Shown here: positions 55,297 through 64,000 of the stretch, one piece after another
How positions within the stretch are numbered: position 1 is the first letter of the stretch
Layout: the number at the start of each line of letters is the position of its first letter
DNA from: a virus
Taxonomy: Duplodnaviria > Caudoviricetes
Length of the DNA: 64,000 nucleotides
IMG/VR virus record: IMGVR_UViG_3300022719_000035
Span: 2,776 to 66,775 of that record
Strand: one strand, 5' to 3'
Program-made: the position numbers and the translations under genes
The notes under the pieces: generated by a model
The model's input: only the letters and a program-made list of their open reading frames with translations
The model's database searches: none
Told to the model about the DNA's origin: nothing

Positions 55297-55752
55297 ATGA
55301 CGGTTAAGCACTTTCGTGCGCATCGCGACGATGAAGGGATCGATCGAATCGAGTTGAGCCTTGAACCGCGCTACAAATCTAGTGAACTGAGCGGCGACGA
55401 ATGGCGTACATCGTGCGTAGTATCGTTTTATCGAAAAGGCGAGCCGCTGCAGCAGTTTTCGTTCAGTAACATGGAAACTGCGATCCTTGCGCTTGGACAG
55501 CTATGGAATAACCGCACTGACTGGAGCCCAATCCCGTTATGGCAGCTAGACGAAACGCAGTGCCATCAGCCATCTTGTGCGCGCAATGCCACGCACTTGT
55601 TCGAGGTGCGTAAGCTCTACAGTGCGCAGGGCGAAGGACCGCTACCTGCAGATAGCGTTACGTATCTTGTCGCTTACTGCGATAAACATGTAACGCGCGG
55701 CGATGGTGGTCGCGAGGATAGCGACAGCAATCTATCGAAACTCAACGCATAG
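55297..55752 (+). CDS. Hypothetical protein with Cys/His C-terminus
   Basis: AGGAG before ATG 55297; CHQPSC...YCDKH...RG..GREDSD. Confidence 0.6.
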   Translation: MTVKHFRAHRDDEGIDRIELSLEPRYKSSELSGDEWRTSCVVSFYRKGEPLQQFSFSNMETAILALGQLWNNRTDWSPIPLWQLDETQCHQPSCARNATHLFEVRKLYSAQGEGPLPADSVTYLVAYCDKHVTRGDGGREDSDSNLSKLNA

Positions 55753-55763
55753 GAGATAAACCA

Positions 55764-56051
55764 ATGTGCTGCAATTCTAGACAATCCAGGCTGCCAGATT
55801 GGCGCGTCGAATGCGTTTGTGGCGGTATGGCTGAGTTGATTGGTCATGATCGCTACGATGCGGTATATCAGCATGAGCACTACACGCACACAGTTGAGTA
55901 TTACTACGAAAACTACAGCGGCACTTGGAAGCGTATAGGGATGCGGCGTTTCCGACACGCAGAAACCGTATCTGTCGCATTGGGTGCAGACAATAAGGAA
56001 TACCTTGATGTTCCTGCAACGCAGCGAGTGCCTGCATTGCAAAAGGTATAA
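55764..56051 (+). CDS. Hypothetical protein
   Basis: AGGAGATAAACCA-ATG. Confidence 0.55.
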   Translation: MCCNSRQSRLPDWRVECVCGGMAELIGHDRYDAVYQHEHYTHTVEYYYENYSGTWKRIGMRRFRHAETVSVALGADNKEYLDVPATQRVPALQKV

Positions 56052-56055
56052 TCTC

Positions 56056-56382
56056 ATGCAAGACAAACCAACAATTGAGCAGTTACGGCACTGGGTAAAC
56101 ACAGATCTAAATTTCTGCCGCGTGTTTGAGTTGCCATCAACGTATCCGCGCGGTTTTTGTTTTGGCGGCGGATACCCAGTGACTATGTATATAGTGGATT
56201 GGTTTAATCCATTGCACGATGATTTATTTGGACCCAGCGGCGTAAAAAGTTATGCAGAGTATGAGAAACGCTTGTATAACTTCGTAGCGTTGAAAAACTA
56301 CGTACAACACGGACGAGAGTATCTTGTGTTGCTGAGCTTTGGACAAACGCTGTTAGTTACGAAAGAAGGTAACGCAGAATGA
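56056..56382 (+). CDS. Hypothetical protein
   Basis: In-frame ATG 56056; AT-richer. Confidence 0.55.
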   Translation: MQDKPTIEQLRHWVNTDLNFCRVFELPSTYPRGFCFGGGYPVTMYIVDWFNPLHDDLFGPSGVKSYAEYEKRLYNFVALKNYVQHGREYLVLLSFGQTLLVTKEGNAE

Positions 56383-56942
56383 TCGCGCGAGTACAGCTAA
56401 CGAATCCAACAAAGAAGTACAAGGTAATTCTTGCGGATCCACCATGGTTTTATAAACACGGCATAGGAAAACGAGGGGCCGCAGTAAATCATTATCCAAC
56501 AATGACAATTCAAGAGTTAATCGATTTGTGCCCGATGATTGATAATTTAGCGCACGAACACTGCGCATTGTTTTGTTGGGTTACTGCAATAAATTTACCT
56601 GAGTCTTTCAAAGTTATAAAAAGTTGGGGTTTTGAGTACAAAACGATTGCGTTTAACTGGGTAAAGTTGAATCAATCGAATGCATTGCCGTTTATGGGTA
56701 TGGGGAAATACACACGCTCGAATTGTGAGCTTTGTTTAGTTGCTACGCGCGGTAAACCAAAGCGCTTAAATGCAGATGTACATCAAACGTTATTTGCGTA
56801 TCGCAAAGAGCACTCACGTAAGCCGACAGAGCAGTATGAGCGCATCCAAGCGCTGTATCGCGGCCCGTACATTGAGTTGTTCTGTCGCGGCAGCCCGCAT
56901 CCTGGTTGGGATGGCTGGGGCAATCAGGCAGTGCAGTCATAA
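56379..56942 (+). CDS. MT-A70-family N6-adenine DNA methyltransferase
   Basis: YKVILADPPW, WGFEYKT...WVK, HSRKP and ELF motifs. Confidence 0.9.
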   Translation: MIARVQLTNPTKKYKVILADPPWFYKHGIGKRGAAVNHYPTMTIQELIDLCPMIDNLAHEHCALFCWVTAINLPESFKVIKSWGFEYKTIAFNWVKLNQSNALPFMGMGKYTRSNCELCLVATRGKPKRLNADVHQTLFAYRKEHSRKPTEQYERIQALYRGPYIELFCRGSPHPGWDGWGNQAVQS

Positions 56943-58261
56943 TGAGTTTCTGGCGCAAAGAGCCGCCGGTACTGGATAATGGCATCGTCGTGCAAGGCGG
57001 TATGTTGCCATCGCAGCGCTTATGGTGGGACTCGCAAGCGTTCATTAAAGCGTTTATCGGCGGCTACGGCAGCGGCAAGACATTCATCGCAGCAAAACGC
57101 GCTATAGCGCTTGCACTGCATAATGCGCCTTCGCCGCACTTGATGATTTCGCCATCGTACAAGATCGCAAAGAAGACAACGATACAAGCGCTGCGACAGT
57201 TACTCTCTGGTAAGCAATCGCTGCAAAATACACTGCGCTGGAAGCACAACAAAACATCGCATGAGTTTAAGATATGGTTTCGCGGCCGCGAAGCAACGAT
57301 CTGGGTCGCTTCCGGCGATGATCCCGATTCGCTTAAAGGCCCGAACGTAGGCAGCGGGCATATCGATGAGCCGTTCATACAAGATAAAGAAGTATTAGAC
57401 CAATCGATTGCGCGTATACGCGATCCGTTAGCGCGCGTGAAAGAGCTAGGGCTTAGCGGCACACCAGAACAACTCAACTGGGGCTACGATATTTGCGAAG
57501 GCGAAGAAGCTGCAAATTACAACGTGGATATAGTGCGCGTAGCAACGATGGAAAATATAACACTAGGCGATGCGTACCATAAGCGCTTACTCGCAGCGCT
57601 AACGCCTGAAGCAGCGCGCGCTTATATCTACGGTGAGTTTGTGAATCTCACTACCGGGCGCGTGTACTACGGCGTAACAGGCGATAACTTCAAGCACATT
57701 GACGATCCTGGCGGCGACTTGTGCGTTGGCATGGATTTCAACGTTAATCCTATGGCGGCTGTTGTGTTCTGGACGCACGGCAATCACATACACTTTATTG
57801 AAGAGATTGAGTTACCAAACGCAGATACCGAGTACATGTGCAATTACTTACAGACGCAGCCGCAGTTTCAAAACGCAGACGGAACATGCCGCATAAAGAC
57901 AGTGTACCCAGACGCATCCGGCGCAAACCGATCGACAAAAAGCCCTGGCGGCAAGTCAGATTTCTACTACTTGAAGCGCGCAGGTTTCACGGTTGATGCG
58001 CCGCCGGCGAATCCATCAGTGCGTGATCGCGAGAATGCAGTAAACGGTAAAGCAAATCCATCAACTGGCGAGCCAACACTTACGTTCGAGCCGTCAATGC
58101 GTAAAGCACGCGGCTATCTGCATAAGTACACGCACACAGAGAAGCACAAACCGGCGCACCGCGCGATGAGTCACTTATTAGACGCAATGAGCTATCCTGT
58201 ACATCGCTTGTTCCCAGTAGTGTTCGATCGCGTACAATTGCGCAAGGTCATAGGCCACTAG
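56942..58261 (+). CDS. terL: Terminase large subunit
   Basis: GGYGSGKT Walker A, IDEP Walker B, GMDFNVNP RNase H-like domain, HLLDAMSY. Confidence 0.92.
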   Translation: MSFWRKEPPVLDNGIVVQGGMLPSQRLWWDSQAFIKAFIGGYGSGKTFIAAKRAIALALHNAPSPHLMISPSYKIAKKTTIQALRQLLSGKQSLQNTLRWKHNKTSHEFKIWFRGREATIWVASGDDPDSLKGPNVGSGHIDEPFIQDKEVLDQSIARIRDPLARVKELGLSGTPEQLNWGYDICEGEEAANYNVDIVRVATMENITLGDAYHKRLLAALTPEAARAYIYGEFVNLTTGRVYYGVTGDNFKHIDDPGGDLCVGMDFNVNPMAAVVFWTHGNHIHFIEEIELPNADTEYMCNYLQTQPQFQNADGTCRIKTVYPDASGANRSTKSPGGKSDFYYLKRAGFTVDAPPANPSVRDRENAVNGKANPSTGEPTLTFEPSMRKARGYLHKYTHTEKHKPAHRAMSHLLDAMSYPVHRLFPVVFDRVQLRKVIGH

Positions 58262-58275
58262 AAGGAGGTACTACA

Positions 58276-59799
58276 ATGCCTGTTGATTCAAAGCATCCAG
58301 AGTACAAAGAGCACATTGATGGCTGGCATCGGTGCCGCATGCTTGTTGCTGGCTCAGATAAAGTCAAACAAGCTGCTGAGTTTTTCTTGCCGCGACTCGG
58401 CGGCCAAGACAGCATCATGTATGCAGCGTATAAGGATCGCGCTACGTTTTATGCTGCAGCAGCACGCACAGTCGAAGGGCTGAACGGTGTTGTGTTCCGT
58501 AAGCAGCCGTCGATAGCGTTTCCTGAAAGCAAGCTTGATCTACTAGAGCAAGTCACTTCAGATGGTGCGCCGCTACTGTCTTCGCTGCAGAGCACTTTTT
58601 CTAATCTGCTTACAGTCGGCCGGCACGGCTGTTTGCTGGATTTTGAAACGTTCAACGGCGCTATCGAGCCGTATATTGCAGCGTATACAGCCGAGTCAAT
58701 TCTAAATTGGCGCGCATCGCGCGAAGTTGACGGTAAGCACAAGCTAACGATGGTAGTGCTCAAAGAAGATACGTATGAAGTCGATCAAGACGATCCATTC
58801 AAGCTTAACGATGTAGAACTGATCCGCACGCTGCAACTGCTTACGCGTGATGAGCTTGAAGTGATAACGCAATCGGCTGTTGATGCGTTTGCTGTTGCAT
58901 CTACGCAGCGCGTGTATACCGTGATCGAATGGCGCAAGAGCAATAAGAGCAGTGCTAAAGAAGAATGGTTTATATCGAGTGTGCGACAGCCGATTATTCG
59001 CGGTAAAACGCTCGATTATATTCCGTTTGTGTTTTTCAGCCCGCGCGAATTAACGCCAGCGTGTGCGAAGTCGCCGATCGCTGATATATGCGATTTGAAC
59101 GTCTCGCACTACCGCACTAGCGCAGATCTCGAGCACGGCAGACACTTTACTGCGTTGCCTACACCGTGGGTTGCCGGCTTCGACTCAGGCTTAACGCTAC
59201 GCATTGGCAGTGAAACAGCATGGGTATCAGAGGATCCGAATGCGAAAGCAGGCTATCTCGAATTCACGGGGCAGGGCCTAGCATCGTTAGAGAAAGCGCT
59301 AGATCAGAAAGAAGCACAGATGAGCGTGATGGGTGCGCGACTGTTAGAAACGCCGAAGAAAGCAGCAGAAGCGGCTGATAGCCATAGACAGCGCCGAGTT
59401 GGCGAAGACAGCATTGTTGCGAGCATTGCTGCAACAGTGTCCGATGGCTATACGCGCTTGCTTACTTGGATGGCCGAATGGATGGCCGTTTCGCAAGAAG
59501 AGATTAGCGTAGAACTGAACACTGATTACAGTAATCTACCGATGGATCACAACACGCTAAACGCGCTAGTCGCTGCACTGCAAGCCGGGCGCATCTCTTA
59601 CGATACATTCATCTACAACCTTGCGCGCGGCGAGTTGCTGCCGGAAGGGCGCACTGCGGAAGAAGAGTTAAATCTTATCGAGCTAGAGAGTCCGCAGCCA
59701 GCGCGCGTGCCTGCAGATAACTTAGAAGAAGATGAAGAAGAAGATGATAGCGGCAGTGACGATGACGAAGATGATGACGAAGACGAAGACACTGCGTAA
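58276..59799 (+). CDS. Portal protein (DUF4055-type) with acidic tail
   Basis: HPEY, YKDRATFY, HYRTSADLEHGRHFTALPTP motifs; follows TerL. Confidence 0.9.
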   Translation: MPVDSKHPEYKEHIDGWHRCRMLVAGSDKVKQAAEFFLPRLGGQDSIMYAAYKDRATFYAAAARTVEGLNGVVFRKQPSIAFPESKLDLLEQVTSDGAPLLSSLQSTFSNLLTVGRHGCLLDFETFNGAIEPYIAAYTAESILNWRASREVDGKHKLTMVVLKEDTYEVDQDDPFKLNDVELIRTLQLLTRDELEVITQSAVDAFAVASTQRVYTVIEWRKSNKSSAKEEWFISSVRQPIIRGKTLDYIPFVFFSPRELTPACAKSPIADICDLNVSHYRTSADLEHGRHFTALPTPWVAGFDSGLTLRIGSETAWVSEDPNAKAGYLEFTGQGLASLEKALDQKEAQMSVMGARLLETPKKAAEAADSHRQRRVGEDSIVASIAATVSDGYTRLLTWMAEWMAVSQEEISVELNTDYSNLPMDHNTLNALVAALQAGRISYDTFIYNLARGELLPEGRTAEEELNLIELESPQPARVPADNLEEDEEEDDSGSDDDEDDDEDEDTA

Positions 59800-59815
59800 A
59801 TGAGGGCTTAGTATC

Positions 59816-60007
59816 ATGGCACAAGGCGACGTTATAGAGCAGTATGATGTATACAGACCAAACGGAGATTACTGCACAAGGCTAGAAGTAGAAGCGAGTG
59901 CCGTTAAGTCGCTACATCCTGATTGGGCATGGGTATCTGCCTGGACATGGAGCTATGTGCGCGATTACTTGCTATTGCATGGATACCGCGTTGACGAGGT
60001 TAGCTGA
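59816..60007 (+). CDS. Small hypothetical protein
   Basis: GAGG RBS; fills the gap between portal and gp7. Confidence 0.5.
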   Translation: MAQGDVIEQYDVYRPNGDYCTRLEVEASAVKSLHPDWAWVSAWTWSYVRDYLLLHGYRVDEVS

Positions 60008-60009
60008 TC

Positions 60010-61182
60010 ATGGAAAGCCTCTCTGATGTGCTTGCTAACGATCTTGTCGATCACTCAGTTGATCTACTGCGCTTAGGCACATCAACACGCAGAAAAGTGC
60101 GCGGCGTATTAAAGAAGCTAGAGCTTGATCTACGCGCGAAGATTAAAGAGATCGATCCAAGTGCAACGCCAAGCGCAACGCGCAGATTAGGCAGGCTTTC
60201 ACGGCTGCTCGAAGCAACAGATAAGACGATCCGTACTTCGTATCGCGAAAACCGCAAGATACTGCGCAGCGAAATGGTAGAGCTTGCTGATATCGAAGTA
60301 CAAAAAACAATCGGCGCAGTGAATACACAAGTTAAGTTTGATCTGATGAATGTTGTATTAACGCCAGAGCAGTTGAAGTCAGTTGCATCGAATGCGTTAG
60401 TAGAAGGCGCGCCATCGGCTGAATGGTGGGGCAGACAATCTGCAGCGCTGCGCAATCGCTTTGCAGATCAAATGCGCATCGGAGTATTGCAGGGAGAAAA
60501 CGTCAATCAACTTGTGCAACGTGTACGCGGTACTGCAACTGGTAAATTTACTACGTTCGAGATTGACGGTAAGCGGCGCAAGCTGCGCGAGTTTGCTGGC
60601 GGGCTGATGGACACATCAACGCGCGAAGCAACAGCGCTAGTGCGCACTTCAGTGCAGCAAGTAAGCAACGATGCGCGCTTTGCAGCGCTCAAAGCGAATG
60701 ACGATGTACTGAAGGGAGTGCAAGCGCTAGTAACGCTCGACAATCGCACTAGCGAGATTTGTATGGCGCGCAGCGGCGGCGCATGGGACTTCGATGGCAA
60801 GCCGCTGCCAGAGTCTGCAACGCAGGAAGCGTTTCCAGGCGCGCCGCCATGGCATTGGAATTGCAGAACAACGTTAGTGCCGCTCACGAAGTCATGGGAA
60901 GAGCTATCGAAGAACAAAAAAGTAGCACGGCGCGCAGATAAGTTGTCTGAGCGCGAATTGAAATCAACACAAGCATCAATGGATGGACAAGTTGCAGGCG
61001 ATCTAACGTATGAGCGCTGGCTAAAGAAGCAGCCGAAAGCAAGACAATTAGAAGTGCTCGGCAAAGGAAAATTTGAGCTTTGGAAGAAGGGCAAGATCAC
61101 ACTGCGCGATCTCATTGACGGCAGTGGCCGGCCGTTAACACTTGCGCAACTGCGCGCAAAAGTTGAAGCGAGTAACGCTTAA
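60010..61182 (+). CDS. Minor head protein (SPP1 gp7/Mu F-like)
   Basis: ALVRT, TLDNRTSEIC and PPWHWNCRT motifs. Confidence 0.9.
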   Translation: MESLSDVLANDLVDHSVDLLRLGTSTRRKVRGVLKKLELDLRAKIKEIDPSATPSATRRLGRLSRLLEATDKTIRTSYRENRKILRSEMVELADIEVQKTIGAVNTQVKFDLMNVVLTPEQLKSVASNALVEGAPSAEWWGRQSAALRNRFADQMRIGVLQGENVNQLVQRVRGTATGKFTTFEIDGKRRKLREFAGGLMDTSTREATALVRTSVQQVSNDARFAALKANDDVLKGVQALVTLDNRTSEICMARSGGAWDFDGKPLPESATQEAFPGAPPWHWNCRTTLVPLTKSWEELSKNKKVARRADKLSERELKSTQASMDGQVAGDLTYERWLKKQPKARQLEVLGKGKFELWKKGKITLRDLIDGSGRPLTLAQLRAKVEASNA

Positions 61183-61381
61183 AATAACTGCGCAATCACT
61201 TACTACAGTGCTATATGTAATGGTTTATAGTGCATAGCGCAGTAAAAAGCGCTATAGCTAAACCCTGCTATAGTCATTCAATGCGTTGCCGTTGCTGATC
61301 TGTACTAGATAACTACAATTGCGACTGTACTTGTTTTACTTAGTGCGGCGACGTTGTACAACTTTTTGATCGGAGATCACA

Positions 61382-62173
61382 ATGCTCAAGCGTAAAGTAA
61401 CTGCATCGGAATATGAGGAACTAGACGATGCAGTCAAAGCGTACTACAAGGAATCCGGCAAGGATTATGTGCTGGATGTTGAAGATGATGGCAGCGCAGC
61501 GAAGCTTAAAGAGTTTCGCGAGAACAACATCAAGCTAATGAAGCAGATGGAGGAGCTTCGTGAGCAGGCAGACGCGCTAAAGGATATTGATCCGGACAAG
61601 GCGCGCGAAGCACTCGCAAAGATGCGCGAGCTTGAAGAAAGCAAGCTGCTCGAAGCCGGCGAAGTTGATAAGCTCGTAGAAAAGCGCACAGAAGAGATGC
61701 GCAAAGAGTATGAGAACAAAATCAAGGCGCTGAATGATGGGCTGCAGGAAAAAGATTCAGAACTGCAGAGCACGAGCAATCGGTTGTCGGAGATTCTGAT
61801 TGACTCGGAAGTTTCGCGCGCAGTAGGCGAAGTAGGCACCGTGCGCAAAGGCGCATTGTCGGATGTTATGTCGCGCGCGCGCAGTATGTTCACGCTTAAA
61901 GATGGCGAACCAGTTGCGTTGCGCGATGGCAATATCGTGTACAGCGCAAAGGATCCGAACAAGCCGATGACAATCTCGGAATGGGCAGGCAAGCTACCGG
62001 AAGATGCGCCGCACTTGTTCGAGGATTCGAAAGGCGGCGGCGGGCGCGGCAACGAACGCACTGGACAGCCGCCCGGCTCGAAGTCGATTGACGCAGGCGA
62101 TCGCGCAGGATTTTCGAAAAATCTTGAAGGGATCGCAAAAGGCGAAGTTACTGTTCGTCAAAGTAGCGGTTGA
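61382..62173 (+). CDS. Capsid scaffolding protein
   Basis: YVLDVE...KLKEFRENN coiled coil; APHLFE..GGGG C-terminus; precedes the capsid gene. Confidence 0.75.
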   Translation: MLKRKVTASEYEELDDAVKAYYKESGKDYVLDVEDDGSAAKLKEFRENNIKLMKQMEELREQADALKDIDPDKAREALAKMRELEESKLLEAGEVDKLVEKRTEEMRKEYENKIKALNDGLQEKDSELQSTSNRLSEILIDSEVSRAVGEVGTVRKGALSDVMSRARSMFTLKDGEPVALRDGNIVYSAKDPNKPMTISEWAGKLPEDAPHLFEDSKGGGGRGNERTGQPPGSKSIDAGDRAGFSKNLEGIAKGEVTVRQSSG

Positions 62174-62183
62174 ATGTAGTGTA

Positions 62184-62227
62184 GGTAGCGCAGCGCGGCC
62201 GGCAGTTCTACGCCGCGCTGCGCTACC
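62184..62227. other. Perfect 16-bp hairpin
   Basis: GGTAGCGCAGCGCGGC / GCCGCGCTGCGCTACC, 12-nt loop. Confidence 0.75.
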
Positions 62228-62272
62228 GGCGCAGTAAGCAGTAAGCGCAGCAAGCAATTTGTTGCGTGCTTT

Positions 62273-62299
62273 CTCTCTGTCGGCGACAGAGGGCTTTTT
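62273..62299 (+). terminator. Terminator-like hairpin upstream of the capsid gene
   Basis: CTCTCTGTC-GGC-GACAGAGGG followed by CTTTTT. Confidence 0.6.
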
Positions 62300-62383
62300 G
62301 TCCCGGTGGGATCTTGATACTTAGATCACATATGGGGCAATGCAGCCCCATTGTTTAGACGCCATGAACAGGAGAAAGTGAAA

Positions 62384-63535
62384 ATGGCCAATACCCTCAC
62401 TGAAGTAATTCCGCGAATCCTTGCGCAGGGTCTGCTCGCGCTTCGCGGCGCGACGATCATGCCTTCGCTTGTCAACACTGATTTCGGCACTGAAGCAGCG
62501 CGCAAGGGCGCTACTATCGATGTGCCGATCCCGTCTGCGATCACGGTGCAAACGGTAGCGCCTGCGCCTACTGCGCCTGCTACTGCGGATATCTCGCCCA
62601 CCAGCGTGCCCATCCCCCTTACGCAATGGAAAGAGGCGCCGTTCTATCTCACGGACAAAGATGTGATGGAAGCAATGGACGGCACTATTCCGATGCAGGC
62701 ATCGGAAGCCATCAAGGCACTGTCGGAAGACGTGAACGCTTACTTGTTTCTGCAGTATCCAGGCGTTTTCGGCTATACCGGCACTGCAGGCACTACGCCG
62801 TTTGCGTCTGACACCAGTGATGCAACTGCGCTGCGTAAGATCCTTAACCGACAGTTGGCGCCGCCGCGCGATCGTCGCGTTGTGCTTGATCCGGACGCAG
62901 AAGCAAACGCGCTGAATCTGCGTGCGTTCCAGGATGTTTCGTATCGCGGTGATGAAGACGGGATCATCGAAGGCATGATCGGGCGCAAGTTTGGCTTTGA
63001 TTGGGCCATGGATCAGCAAGTGCCTACGCATGTTGCAGGCACGATCACTACCGGGCTGAGCGCGAAGGCTTCGACTGCGCAGGCAGTTGGCGACACTTCG
63101 GTTATCTGCACTACTGCAGCATCCACGGGTGCGGCTGATCTCAAGGTAGGCGATATCGTTTCGTTTGCCGGTCATGAGCAGACTTACGCGCTTACTGCGG
63201 CTGCTGTGCAGGCATCGGCTGCTTCGGATGTAACGCTCGAAATTTCGCCTGGATTGCAGACTGCACTGGCTGGCGGTGAAGCAGTGACGGTGCGCAGCAC
63301 GCATGTTGTCAATCTCGGCTTTCACCGTGATGCGTTTGCGTTCGCTTCGCGGCCGCTCGAAGATCAGAACGTCGCAGGCATGGGCAGCATTATTCAGTCT
63401 GCAACGGATCCGGTTTCCGGGCTGAGTTTGCGTCTCGAAGTTTCGCGCGAGCATAAGCGCATTCGCTGGAGTTTCGATATCCTGTATGGCGCTGCGCTGG
63501 TGCGTAAGGAACTCGCCGCGCGTCTCGCTGGGTAA
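62384..63535 (+). CDS. Major capsid protein (P22 coat-like, with insertion domain)
   Basis: MANTL..., GATIDVPIP, FHRDAFAFASRPL, FDILYG; CAGGAG RBS before ATG 62384. Confidence 0.92.
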   Translation: MANTLTEVIPRILAQGLLALRGATIMPSLVNTDFGTEAARKGATIDVPIPSAITVQTVAPAPTAPATADISPTSVPIPLTQWKEAPFYLTDKDVMEAMDGTIPMQASEAIKALSEDVNAYLFLQYPGVFGYTGTAGTTPFASDTSDATALRKILNRQLAPPRDRRVVLDPDAEANALNLRAFQDVSYRGDEDGIIEGMIGRKFGFDWAMDQQVPTHVAGTITTGLSAKASTAQAVGDTSVICTTAASTGAADLKVGDIVSFAGHEQTYALTAAAVQASAASDVTLEISPGLQTALAGGEAVTVRSTHVVNLGFHRDAFAFASRPLEDQNVAGMGSIIQSATDPVSGLSLRLEVSREHKRIRWSFDILYGAALVRKELAARLAG

Positions 63536-63553
63536 CTCCAGCGTTATCGTGTT

Positions 63554-63592
63554 GTAGTGAGGATTTCGGGCAGAGATCCTCACTACTTTTTT
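63554..63592 (+). terminator. Rho-independent terminator after the capsid gene
   Basis: GTAGTGAGGAT / ATCCTCACTAC followed by TTTTTT. Confidence 0.85.
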
Positions 63593-63617
63593 CGTGTTTA
63601 CTCAGGAGAAAGCCAAG

Positions 63618-63824
63618 ATGAAAGTGAATTATCTTCCGACTATGAAGGTTAAGTTTCGCAACCCGAAGACAGGTAAGGCTGCTGCGGACTCTGACATTGT
63701 TACGATCAATGTTGATGACTATGACAAGAGCGTGCATGTCGAAGTAAAAGAGCGCGTTGCAGTCGCAGCAGATGAAGACACAGAAGACACTGGCGATGCT
63801 GGCGCTGATTCAGCCGGTGCGTAA
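63618..63824 (+). CDS. Small virion-associated protein
   Basis: AGGAG RBS; INVDDYD motif; post-capsid position. Confidence 0.55.
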   Translation: MKVNYLPTMKVKFRNPKTGKAAADSDIVTINVDDYDKSVHVEVKERVAVAADEDTEDTGDAGADSAGA

Positions 63825-63870
63825 CTGCAGGCTTTGCAGTGCTCGCTAAACAAGCTTAGGAGATACGCAA

Positions 63871-64000
63871 ATGGCAGGCTGGACGAACCGCGGCAAGCAC
63901 CGCATGTTGAACGGATGGTTTCGCGGCGCAGCGATTCCAACTAACTTTTTTGCAGCGTTGATCACTTCGGCTGCTGCGCCGGTAGCCGATACAGATACGT
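63871..64000 (+). CDS. 5' part of a virion structural protein (partial)
   Basis: GGAGATACGCAA-ATG; MAGWTNRGKHRML...FFAALITS; runs off the window. Confidence 0.65.
   Translation, partial: MAGWTNRGKHRMLNGWFRGAAIPTNFFAALITSAAAPVADTDT

Noticed and set aside
1-64000. Integrated prophage, diversity-generating retroelement, tRNAs, introns/inteins, alternative genetic code
   Set aside because: No host genes, integrase, repressor, reverse transcriptase or tRNA cloverleaf seen; Pol, helicase and TerL are uninterrupted; TAA, TAG and TGA all end intact genes. The unsequenced few kb cannot be assessed.

Overview
Near-complete, apparently circularly permuted genome of a tailed dsDNA phage (siphovirus-type: tube, tape measure and lambda-like tail tip, no sheath). 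All credible genes are on the + strand. Both window ends fall in the virion/head-decoration block, so probably only a few kb are missing. Order: head-tail and tail genes with a lambda-identical G/GT slippery site (1-16.0 kb); lysis block opened by a stand-alone PAS-like protein (16.0-18.9 kb); HTH, plasmid-type Rep and three 21-bp iterons (18.9-20.1 kb); early region of small genes driven by three mosaic copies of a promoter/VNTR element (20.7-30 kb); orphan ParB with a QLDLF clamp motif, sigma-like protein and acidic/basic modular protein (30-33.4 kb); hybrid replication/recombination module with FEN, DnaB-like and SNF2 helicases, primase, beta-clamp, UDG-fold-PolA, DnaX-like loader, UvsY/gp32/RecA-like proteins, RuvC and SbcDC (33.6-49.6 kb); MazG-like gene, a ~400-bp repeat tract, TerS, MT-A70 methylase, TerL, portal, gp7, scaffold and P22-like capsid (49.6-64 kb). 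I saw no integrase, repressor, tRNA, CRISPR array or reverse transcriptase. All family calls come from motif recognition by eye, not database searches. Strongest leads: PAS sensor in the lysis cassette; iteron replicon inside a phage with its own replisome; a recurrent R-[VI]-x-[VIL]-R terminal peptide alongside long acidic tracts; clamp-binding ParB; repeat-bounded early cassettes; an intergenic GCGCAGTA motif.
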